Below, piece by piece: positions 26,374 to 38,600 of a DNA stretch of 64,000 bases. The DNA is from Hypanus sabinus (Eukaryota). The notes under the pieces were generated by a model, which saw nothing but the letters and a program-made list of their open reading frames with translations, ran no database searches and was not told the DNA's origin. Made by a program: the position numbers and the translations under genes. The stretch covers positions 137,082,001-137,146,000 of the forward strand of contig NC_082712.1 in the NCBI RefSeq assembly GCF_030144855.1. Reading direction: 5' to 3'. Each line of letters opens with the position of its first letter. The stretch's first letter is position 1.

Positions 26374-26678
26374 TCAACTTAACATCAAGTCATATTGTTT
26401 CATATGTTCTTCCAAATTAAATTTAAGTTGAACTTGGATGTGATGTTTATGATTTGCTTTTGGTGTATAAGTTAGTTCAGTGGTGAAACCGCTAGCATTT
26501 TCAAATGGCTTGTTTGTAACAAACTCATTTTCATCAAACAGATAAGCATCTCTGTACCAGATGATATGAGCCTCTTCGAGGGCACATTCTTTAACATCGC
26601 AAGAAAGAGTTACTGGTTGACCAATTTTAGGATTTTTTGTGAGGCATTTTATTTCTGAAACCTTCTGCCATACTTCTG
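26374..26678 (-). CDS. Terminal exon, Ig-like domain 7 plus stop; absent from the ORF track because it has no early start codon
   Basis: Acceptor ttcttgtaaattcttttttcag|CA. Translates AEVWQKVSEIKCLTKNPKIGQPVTLSCDVKECALEEAHIIWYRD...FTTELTYTPKANHKHHIQVQLKFNLEEHMKQYDLMLS*, similar to domain 6. Confidence 0.85.
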
Positions 26679-29600
26679 CTGAAAAAAGAATTTACAAGAA
26701 ATAACATGAGAACCTTAAAGGCATTTCAAAAATAAAGACCTACATGAGTCAATATGTATTACCGCACTCGCAAAGTCCTTATTTTAATTCTTACAAACTC
26801 TAATGTTTATAGTAAATTACCAATTTCCACCTGAACTACTGCAGTTGGGTGGATAAGGAATATCATCCAGATAAAATATTTGCTGTCATGGCATAGAATC
26901 ATGGAATCATAGAGCATAATTGTCTCAATTCATCAGCACTGACCAAGATGCCAGAAGTTAAACACATCTGCCAACATTGAATGTATATCCCTTAACACTA
27001 CCTGTTCAAATGTCTTCGAGGTGTTGTTATTTTACCTGCTTCAATACTTCCTCTGTCAGCTTACTTGATATACTATGTATCATTCTCTGCCTCAGGTCCT
27101 TTGAAAATGTTTCTCCTCTCACACTTACACTCTCTAATTTTCAATTCCCTTTGATGGGGAAGAAGATTTGTGCATTCATCCTAACTACGTCCCATATGAT
27201 ATTAAACATCTCTAAGATCACCTCTCAGTCACAGGTACTCCAACAAATAAAGCGCTAGTCTACTCAGCCTCTCCCTATAACTCACCTCACATTTGACACA
27301 ACTTCCATGATCTGTTTTTGCTGGTGTAAATTTTATGCTTATAATTGATGAAACCAGAACTACTTCTGCAATCACACAATGACCTGTTTTTGTGTTTTTC
27401 CATCTTTATACCACATTACTTTGACTTTCCCAGCAACATAGCCATTCAAGATGCTAGATTTTGCAAGCTATTTAGCTTGAAGTAGTTCTGGATCACTTTT
27501 AATATCAGATATCTCCTCTCAACCTAAACCAATGCTCTCTAGTTTTGCCATTCCCTTTGATGGGAAAAAGATTCATGCATTCATCTTGACTATGGCCATA
27601 TGATATTATACACCTCTAAGATCACCTCTCAGTCTCCGATACTCCAACAAATAAAGTCCCAGCTGCTCAGCCTCTCCCTATAACTCACCCCCTTGAATCT
27701 TGGCAACATTCTCATAAATCTGCTTTGCACTCTTTCCAGCCAATGATATCATTTCCATGAGAGTAAACAAAGCTGTGCACAATACTCCATGTGCTGCATT
27801 ACCAACATCTTGTATAACTGTAATGCAATGCCCTGGCCCCCTACATTCAATGCCCTGATGAAGGCCAGCAGGCCAAAATGTCTTCTTTTCCACCTGACTA
27901 CCTGTCACCTTCTGATAGACATTATAACTATCAGATCCACTCTAAACACACTCATTTGGACTATGCTTCTCCTTTCTAGGTATTCTCAACACAGTGGATC
28001 ACATGCCAGTTTACCTGTCTTGCCTTGTCAGCATTTTAGGATCAGAAACACCCTCAGTTTCTCCTTCCCATTCACTACAGAAGAGCAATACAGTGATAAG
28101 GGAATTTATGTGCCAATGCAGAAGTCACAAATATATATCAGATGAAAGTGCGATGCATGCTCGATAAGATTCTGGACAACAGAGTCAGTATTCATTGCCT
28201 TGTGGAAGAAATGGGAAGTGATCTTGTTTTAAAATGGAGGCAAGTATGTTGAGGTATGGAAGTTGGCACCAGAATTTACCATAAAATCTAGTCCATGCTA
28301 GAATATTTGAAGAGTGGACAACATGACAGAGCCTCAAGGGAAAAGTAGTTTGCGGTACTGTTCAAGGGTCTGTTTGGAGATGACTACTCCATATATGTTT
28401 ACTAATATAATCAGGAGAAACAGAAGGTATACAAATAACATGAGAAATTTAGTTTTGTAAAGCTTAATCAAATCTGTATTTGGCATCATCAGTGTATTTT
28501 TGTCATCATCTAAAGAACAGTGGAAATTTATTCGATATGGGCACCCAAGTAATGAGGCAGCAAACTCACAGAGCATTGAAATGGACCGGCAGCTTGTATA
28601 CAACAGCTTAAATTCACTATTCCAAACACTAATGCTTGTCTCATGTGTAATAATCTAAAATTCTACTTTGGCCCAATAATGGATTTAAGTAAATGAACAC
28701 TTTACCTTCACTTTTTGCTCCATTGCTGCCGTCTTGCTTGTCAGCCTTGACTGTACGGAAAAAAAGTAATTTAATAAAACCCAACAGCAGTCAAATCACA
28801 TTCGCTCTTAGAAATTTAAAAGAATAATTATCTCATCTAATCAGATTTTAAACATCTCCATCCACCTAGAATCATCTATTCCCAGCATTAGAAAAAAATC
28901 CACACCAGTTCAGAGTGTCGTGAGAGATGAAGGATCTGTGGCACTGTGTCCAGAGACCCGAGTTCTTTGGGCACAGAGCTTGGAAAAAGTGATGCAACGG
29001 ACTTTTAACATCTTAGATCAATGAGATGTTTGTTATTTCACCCCTCTCGCTGTGAAACACGGACACCTCCTTTTCCCTGATTAGGGAATGAGAAAGCCTG
29101 TGGCATATCGAATTACCGGGTGAACGAGCAGAATTTGGGGTACTGTAAGTCTGTGTCTTTATCGATGCTTTGCTGCACGCCAGAGTGTTCAGCGGAGGGG
29201 GCCAATGCTTTTTTTTTTGCTGGAGGGGAGAGGGATCGTTGCTTTGCTGCTGCTTATGCTTGAGCGTGGCGAGCTGGGGGGTGCTTTGGGGTTCTAACAT
29301 TTAACTGTCAGTCATTCTTTGGGGCGCACCTCTGTTTTCCTGAATGGTTGAGAATAAAAAGAATTTCAGGATGTATATTGTATACATTTCTCTGACATTA
29401 AATGTACCTTTTAAAAGATTGAAACTCTTGGAACCTTTCCTATAGGCAGGGCCTGTAGGTAAAAAAAAAGTAGTTTAATAAAATCTGACATTAGTCAAAT
29501 CAAATTAGCTCTTTAAATTTAAAACATTAATCATTTCACCTAACCAGATGTTAAACTGTAACCACCTAGAAATACCTATACACAGCATTAGGAAAAAACC

Positions 29601-32600
29601 ACACTGTTTCAGTCAATGTGAGATTTGATATGAAGTAAATGGTTAAATTAATATTTTGTTAAGTTTTAAATAAATAATCATTGCACCTATAACAACTTCA
29701 CTGAAATGTGTCACATGAGCAAATGAGTACTCTGCACTACAATTGCTGGTGAGGACGTGACTGTGTTGAGGACCTACAGGTACCTGGGAATGCACCTGGA
29801 TGACAGAGTTGAGTGGAGCAACAACACAGAGGCTGAGTCGAAGAAGGGCCAGAGTCCCCTCTACCTCTTGAGAAGACTAAGCTCCTTTGGAGAATGCAGT
29901 CCTCCTTTTCACCTGTTCTAACAGTCTGTTGTCGCCAGTACAATCTTCAATGTGGTGGTGTGCTGGGGCATTGTCATCAACATGGGTGATGCCAGCAGAC
30001 TCTATTAACTTTGTACGAAGGCTGGCTCTGTTATAGGAGTCTAACTGGATGCTGTGGTAAAACAAATGACCTTACAGAAAATCCTGGCAATTCTGGACAA
30101 TGATCTCACCCTCTGCATGCCATCTTGGCTGAACAGAGGAGAACTTTGAGTAACAGACTAAGGCAACTGTGCTGCTTCAAAGAGCGCTTTATCAGGTCAT
30201 TCCTACTCTCTACAACTAGGCTCTATAATGAGTCAGCCATTATAGGGTTGTGAGGATCCCCTCTTGTTACACTGCTTGAGATAATTTTTTTTAATTTTTA
30301 TTCTTTTGACTTCTCTTCTAATTATTTATATCTGTGCACTTGTAATGCTATGGTGACGCTGTACATTCCTTTGGGATCAATAAAGTAACTATATCTAACT
30401 ACTACAATGGGCTCTCTCTCAAAGGTGTAATTAGAATTCATTCTTTTGAACTTTCTTCGTGTCTTCGGGAGTCACCTCACATTTGATACAACTTACAAGA
30501 TCTGTTTTTGTTAGTGCAAACTTTATGCTTGTAATTGATGAAATCAATCCATCTTCTGCAATCTCATGACCACCTGTTTTTGCATCTTTCCATCTTTATA
30601 CCACGTTACTTTGAATTACCACGTGACACTGGAATTTCCTTTGTGATTACTAAAGCATCTATATCTATCTTGTACAACAACTTTTCCCTTGAAGATGTAA
30701 TTTGAATTCTTTCTTTTGAACTTTCTTTCTCTCTTCATGAACCAGCTCGCATTTGACACAACTTGCATGATCCATTTTTACTGGTGTAAACTTTATGTTT
30801 GCAGCTGATGAAATCAGACCATCTTCTGCAACCTCAGGATGACCTGTTCTTGCATCCTTCCACCTTTATACCACATTACCTTGATTTTCACAGGAACATA
30901 GCCCCTCAAGGAATTGCTGAATGTTGCAGACTTTTTAGCTTCTGGATCACTTCTCATAAGTCTGCTTTGCATTCTTTCTAGCCAATGATATTTTTTCTAC
31001 AGGAGAGTAAACAAAGCTGTGCACAATAGTCCATGTACGGCATGACTGTAATACAATGCCCCATCTCCCTAAATTCAATGCTCTGCTGAAGGCCAGCATG
31101 CCAAATATGTCTTCTTAATCACCTATCAACCCGTCATGTCAAGTTCTCAAAGAGACATTAAAAATATCATACCCACTCATCTGGACTATGCTTCTCCTTT
31201 CTAGGTATCCTCAATACAGAGGATCACATGCCAGTTTACCCGTCCTGCCATGTCAGTATTTCAGGATCAGAACCACACTCATTCCCTACCTCCCATTCAC
31301 TAGGGCTGAAACATAGTGATAAAGGAGCTTGTTCGTTAATGCAGAAGTCAGATATGTTTGAAAGACAAATGTGTGGCAAGCATGCTGGGAAAGATTCCTG
31401 ACACCAGAGTCAGGATTCGTCACTTCATGGAAGAAAACGAAAGTGATATTGTTTTAAAATTTGTTCCTGAAGGGTATATATGCATGTTCAGCTATGGAAG
31501 CTGGTACCAGAATCATCCATGGAAATCCAGTCCATGTTAGAATACTTGAAGAGTGTGCCACTGACTGAGCAGAAAGGAAAAGCACATGATCCTTCTACAA
31601 CTTCCCATCATTCACCAGAACAATAAACAATAGGTGCAGGAGTAGGCCATTCGACCCTTCTAGCCAGCACCACCATTCACTGTGATCATGGCTGATCATA
31701 CACAATCAGTACCCCGTTCCTGCCCTCTCCCCATATCCTTTGACCCCGCTATCTATAAGAGCTTATCTAACTCTCTCTTGGAAGCATCTAGAGACTTGGC
31801 CTCCACTGCCTTCTGAGGCAGAGCATTCCACATACCCAGCATTCTCTGGGTGAAAAAGTTTTTCCCCATCTCTGTTCTAAGTGGCCTACCCCTTATTCTT
31901 AAACTGTGGCCTCTAGTTCTGGACTCACCCATCAGCCGGAACATGCTTCCTGCCTCCAGCGTGTTCAGTCCCTTAATAATCTTATATATTTCAATCAGAT
32001 CCCCTCTCATCCTTCTAAATTCCAGTGTATACAAGCCCAGTTGCTCCAATCTTTCAACATATGACAGTCCTGCCATTCCAGGAATTAACCTTGTGAACCT
32101 ACGCTGCACTCCCTCAATAGCAAGAATGTCCTTCCTCAAATTTGGAGACCAAAACTGCACACAATACTCTAAGTGGGGTCTCACCAGGGCCCTGTACAGC
32201 TGCAGAAGGATCTCTTTACCCATATACTCAATTCCCCTTGTTATAAAGGCCAGCATGCCATTAGCTTCCTTCACTGCCTGCTGTACCTGAATGCTTGCTT
32301 TCATTGACTGATGTACAAGAACAACTAGATCTCGTTGTACTTCCTCTTTTCCTAACTTGACTCCATTTAGATAGTAATCTGCCCTCCTGTTCTTGCCACC
32401 AAAGTGGATAGCTTCACATTTATCCACATTAAACTGTATCTGCCATTCATTCGCACACTCACCTAGCCTATCCAAGTCACCCTGCATTCTCATAACATCC
32501 TCCTGACATTTCACACTGCCACCCAGCTTTGTGTCATCGGCAAATTTGCTAATGTTACTTTTAATCCCTTCATCTAAATCATTACTGTATATTGTAAACA

Positions 32601-35600
32601 GCTGCGGTCCCAGCACCGAACTTTGCGGTACCCCACTGGTCACAGTCTGCCATTCTGAAAGGGACCCGATAACATGCCGGCATATCTGGAAATGAGCAAC
32701 TCATTGATCTTCATTCATTTGATCAGAAAGCATACAAATAACAGAGAAAATTTAATTTTGTAAACCTTAATCAGATCTGTATTTTGCTATGTGTGTGTAT
32801 TTTATCATGTAAAGAACTGCGATGAAATTTATTGGATATGGGCACCTAAGGAATGAAGGCAGCAGACTGACAGAGTGTTGAAATGGACCTGCAGCTTGTA
32901 TACAACACCTCAAATTCACTATTCCAAACACTAATGCTTGTCTCATGTGTAATAATCTAAAATTCTACTTTGCCCCAATAATGGATTTAAGTAAATGAAC
33001 ACTTTACCTTCACTTTTTGCTCCATTGCTGCCGTCTTGCTTGTCAGCCTTGACTGTACGGAAAAAAAGTAGTTTAATAAAACCCAACAGCAGTCAAATCA
33101 CATTCGCTCTTAGAAATTTAAAAGAATAATTATCTCATCTAATCAGATTTTAAACATCTCCATCCACCTAGAATCATCTATTCCCAGCATTAGAAAAAAA
33201 TCCACACCAGTTCAGAGTGTCGTGGGAGATGAAGGATCTGTGGCACTGTGTCCAGAGACCCGAGTTCTTTGGGCACAGAGCTCGGAAAAAGTGACGCAAC
33301 TGACTTTTAACATCTTAGGTCAATGAGTTGTTTGTTATTTCTCCCCTCTCGCTGTGAAACAGGAACACCTCTTTTTCCCTGATTAGGGAATGAGAGAGCC
33401 TGTGGCATATCAAATTACCAGGTGAACGAGCAGAATTTGGGGTACTGTAAGTCTGTGTCTTTATCGATGCTTTGCTGCACGCCAGAGTGTTCAGCAGAGG
33501 GGGCCAATGCTTTTTTTTGCTGGAGGGGAGGGGGATCGTTGCTTTGCTGCTGCTTGAACGTGGCGAGCTGGGGGGTGCTTTGGGGTTCTAACATTTAACA
33601 GTAAGTCATTCTTTGGGGTGCACCTCTGTTTTCCTGAATGGTTGAGAATAAAAAGAATTTCAGGATGTATATTGTATACATTTCTCTGACATTAAATGTA
33701 CCTTTTAAAAGATTGAAACTCTTGGAACCTTTCTTATAGGCAGGGCCTGTAGGTAAAAAAAAGTAGTTTAATAAAACGTGACATTAGTCAAATCAAATTA
33801 GCTCTTTAAATTTAAAACATTAATCATTTCACCTAACCAGATGTTAAACTGTAACCACCTAGAAATACCTATACACAGCATTAGGAAAAAACCACAGTTT
33901 CAGTCAATGTGAGATTTGATATGAAGTAAATGGTTAAATTAATATTTTGTTAAGTTTTAAATAAATAATCATTGCACCTATAACAACTTCACTGAAATGT
34001 GTCACATGAGCAAATGAGTACTCTGCACTACAATTGCTGATGAGGACGTGGCTGTGTTGAGGACCTACAGGTACCTGGGAATGCACCTGGATGACAGAGT
34101 TGAGTGGAGCAACAACACAGAGGCTGTGATGAAGAAGGGCCAGAGTCCCCTCTACCTCTTGAGAAGACTAAGCTCCATTGGAGAATGCGGTCCTCCTTTT
34201 CACCTGTTCTAACAGTCTGTTGTCACCAGTACAATCTTCACTGTGGTGGTGTGCTGGGGCAATGTCATTAACATGGGTGATGCCAGCAGACTCTATTAAC
34301 TTTGTACGAAGGCTGGCTCTGTTATAGGAGTCTAACTGGATGCTGTGGTAAAACAAATGACCTTACAGAAAATCCTGGCAATTCTGGACAATGATCTCAC
34401 CCTCTGCATGCCATCTTGGCTGAACAGAGGAGAACTTTGAGTAACAGACTAAGGCAACTGTGCTGCTTCAAAGAGCGCTTTATCAGGTCATTCCTACTCT
34501 CTACAACTAGGCTCTATAATGAGTCAGCCATTATAGGGTTGTGAGGATCCCCTCTTGTTACACTGCTTGAGATAATTTTTTTTAATTTTTATTCTTTTGA
34601 CTTCTCTTCTAATTATTTATATCTGTGCACTTGTAATGCTATGGTGACGCTGTACATTCCTTTGGGATCAATAAAGTAACTATATCTAACTACTACAATG
34701 GGCTCTCTCTCAAAGGTGTAATTAGAATTCATTCTTTTGAACTTTCTTCGTGTCTTCGGGAGTCACCTCACATTTGATACAACTTACAAGATCTGTTTTT
34801 GTTAGTGCAAACTTTATGCTTGTAATTGATGAAATCAATCCATCTTCTGCAATCTCATGACCACCTGTTTTTGCATCTTTCCATCTTTATACCACGTTAC
34901 TTTGAATTACCACGTGACACTGGAATTTCCTTTGTGATTACTAAAGCATCTATATCTATCTTGTACAACAACTTTTCCCTTGAAGATGTAATTTGAATTC
35001 TTTCTTTTGAACTTTCTTTCTCTCTTCATGAACCAGCTCGCATTTGACACAACTTGCATGATCCATTTTTACTGGTGTAAACTTTATGTTTGCAGCTGAT
35101 GAAATCAGACCATCTTCTGCAACCTCAGGATGACCTGTTCTTGCATCCTTCCACCTTTATACCACATTACCTTGATTTTCGCAGGAACATAGCCCCTCAA
35201 GGAATTGCTGAATGTTGCAGACTTTTTAGCTTCTGGATCACTTCTCATAAGTCTGCTTTGCATTCTTTCTAGCCAATGATATTTTTTCTACAGGAGAGTA
35301 AACAAAGCTGTGCACAATAGTCCATGTACGGCATGACTGTAATACAATGCCCCATCTACCTACATTCAATGCCCTGCTGAAGGCCAGCATGCCAAATATG
35401 TCTTCTTAATCACCTATCAACCCGTCATGTCAAGTTCTCAAAGAGACATTAAAAATATCATACCCACTCATCTGGACTATGCTTCTCCTTTCTAGGTATC
35501 CTCAATACAGAGGATCACATGCCAGTTTACCCGTCCTGCCATGTCAGTATTTCAGGATCAGAACCACACTCATTCCCTACCTCCCATTCACTAGGGCTGA

Positions 35601-38600
35601 AACATAGTGATAAAGGAGCTTGTTCGTTAATGCAGAAGTCAGATATGTTTGAAAGACAAATGTGTGGCAAGCATGCTGGGAAAGATTCCTGACACCAGAG
35701 TCAGGATTCGTCACTTCATGGAAGAAAACGAAAGTGATATTGTTTTAAAATTTGTTCCTGAAGGGTATATATGCATGTTCAGCTATGGAAGCTGGTACCA
35801 GAATCATCCATGGAAATCCAGTCCATGTTAGAATACTTGAAGAGTGTGCCACTGACTGAGCAGAAAGGAAAAGCACATGATCCTTCTACAACTTCCCATC
35901 ATTCACCAGAACAATAAACAATAGGTGCAGGAGTAGGCCATTCGGCCCTTCTAGCCAGCACCACCATTCACTGTGATCATGGCTGATCATACACAATCAG
36001 TACCCCGTTCCTGCCCTCTCCTCATATCCTTTGACCCCGCTATCTATAAGAGCTTATCTAACTCTCTCTTGGAAGCATCTAGAGACTTGGCCTCCACTGC
36101 CTTCTGGGGCAGAGCATTCCACATACCCAGCATTCTCTGGGTGAAAAAGTTTTTCCCCATCTCTGTTCTAAGTGGCCTACCCCTTATTCTTAAACTGTGG
36201 CCTCTAGTTCTGGACTCACCCATCAGCCGGAACATGCTTCCTGCCTCCAGCGTGTTCAGTCCCTTAATAATCTTATATATTTCAATCAGATCCCCTCTCA
36301 TCCTTCTAAATTCCAGTGTATACAAGCCCAGTTGCTCCAATTTTTCAACATACGACAGTCCTGCCATTCCAGGAATTAACCTTGTGAACCTACGCTGCAC
36401 TCCCTCAATAGCAAGAATGTCCTTCCTCAAATTTGGAGACCAAAACTGCACACAATACTCTAAGTGGGGTCTCACCAGGGCCCTGTACAGCTGCAGAAGG
36501 ATCTCTTTACCCATATACTCAATTCCCCTTGTTATAAAGGCCAGCATGCCATTAGCTTCCTTCACTGCCTGCTGTACCTGAATGCTTGCTTTCATTGACT
36601 GATGTACAAGAACAACTAGATCTCGTTGTACTTCCCCTGTTCCTAACTTGACTCCATTTAGATAGTAATCTGCCCTCCTGTTCTTGCCACCAAAGTGGAT
36701 AGCTTCACATTTATCCACATTAAACTGTATCTGCCATTCATTCGCACACTCACCTAGCCTATCCAAGTCACCCTGCATTCTCATAACATCCTCCTGACAT
36801 TTCACACTGCCACCCAGCTTTGTGTCATCGGCAAATTTGCTAATGTTACTTTTAATCCCTTCATCTAAATCATTACTGTATATTGTAAACAGCTGCGGTC
36901 CCAGCACCGAACTTTGCGGTACCCCACTGGTCACAGTCTGCCATTCTGAAAGGGACCCGATAACATGCCGGCATATCTGGAAATGAGCAACTCATTGATC
37001 TTCATTCATTTGATCAGAAAGCATACAAATAACAGAGAAAATTTAATTTTGTAAACCTTAATCAGATCTGTATTTTGCTATGTGTGTGTATTTTATCATG
37101 TAAAGAACTGCGATGAAATTTATTGGATATGGGCACCTAAGGAATGAAGGCAGCAGACTGACAGAGTGTTGAAATGGACCTGCAGCTTGTATACAACACC
37201 TCAAATTCACTATTCCAAACACTAATGCTTGTCTCATGTGTAATAATCTAAAATTCTACTTTGCCCCAATAATGGATTTAAGTAAATGAACACTTTACCT
37301 TCACTTTTTGCTCCATTGCTGCCGTCTTGCTTGTCAGCCTTGACTGTACGGAAAAAAAGTAGTTTAATAAAACCCAACAGCAGTCAAATCACATTCGCTC
37401 TTAGAAATTTAAAAGAATAATTATCTCATCTAATCAGATTTTAAACATCTCCATCCACCTAGAATCATCTATTCCCAGCATTAGAAAAAAATCCACACCA
37501 GTTCAGAGTGTCGTGGGAGATGAAGGATCTGTGGCACTGTGTCCAGAGACCCGAGTTCTTTGGGCACAGAGCTCGGAAAAAGTGACGCAACGGACTTTTA
37601 ACATCTTAGGTCAATGAGTTGTTTGTTATTTCTCCCCTCTCGCTGTGAAACAGGAACACCTCTTTTTCCCTGATTAGGGAATGAGAGAGCCTGTGGCATA
37701 TCAAATTACCAGGTGAACGACCAGAATTTGGGGTACTGTAAGTCTGTGTCTTTATCGATGCTTTGCTGCACGCTAGAGTGTTCAGCAGAGGGGGCCAATG
37801 CTTTTTTTTGCTGGAGGGGAGGGGGATCGTTGCTTTGCTGCTGCTTGAGCGTGGCGAGCTGGGGGGTGCTTTGGGGTTCTAACATTTAACAGTAAGTCAT
37901 TCTTTGGGGTGCACCTCTGTTTTCCTGAATGGTTGAGAATAAAAAGAATTTCAGGATGTATATTGTATACATTTCTCTGACATTAAATGTACCTTTTAAA
38001 AGATTGAAACTCTTGGAACCTTTCTTATAGGCAGGGCCTGTAGGTAAAAAAAAGTAGTTTAATAAAACGTGACATTAGTCAAATCAAATTAGCTCTTTAA
38101 ATTTAAAACATTAATCATTTCACCTAACCAGATGTTAAACTGTAACCACCTAGAAATACCTATACACAGCATTAGGAAAAAACCACACTGTTTCAGTCAA
38201 TGTGAGATTTGATATGAAGTAAATGGTTAAATTAATATTTTGTTAAGTTTTAAATAAATAATCATTGCACCTATAACAACTTCACTGAAATGTGTCACAT
38301 GAGCAAATGAGTACTCTGCACTACAATTGCTGGTGAGGACGTGGCTGTGTTGAGGACCTACAGGTACCTGGGAATGCACCTGGATGACAGAGTTGAGTGG
38401 AGCAACAACACAGAGGCTGTGTTGAAGAAGGGCCAGAGTCCCCTCTACCTCTTGAGAAGACTAAGCTCCATTGGAGAATGCAGTCCTCCTTTTCACCTGT
38501 TCTAACAGTCTGTTGTCACCAGTACAATCTTCACTGTGGTGGTGTGCTGGGGCAATGTCATTAACATGGGTGATGCCAGCAGACTCTATTAACTTTGTAC

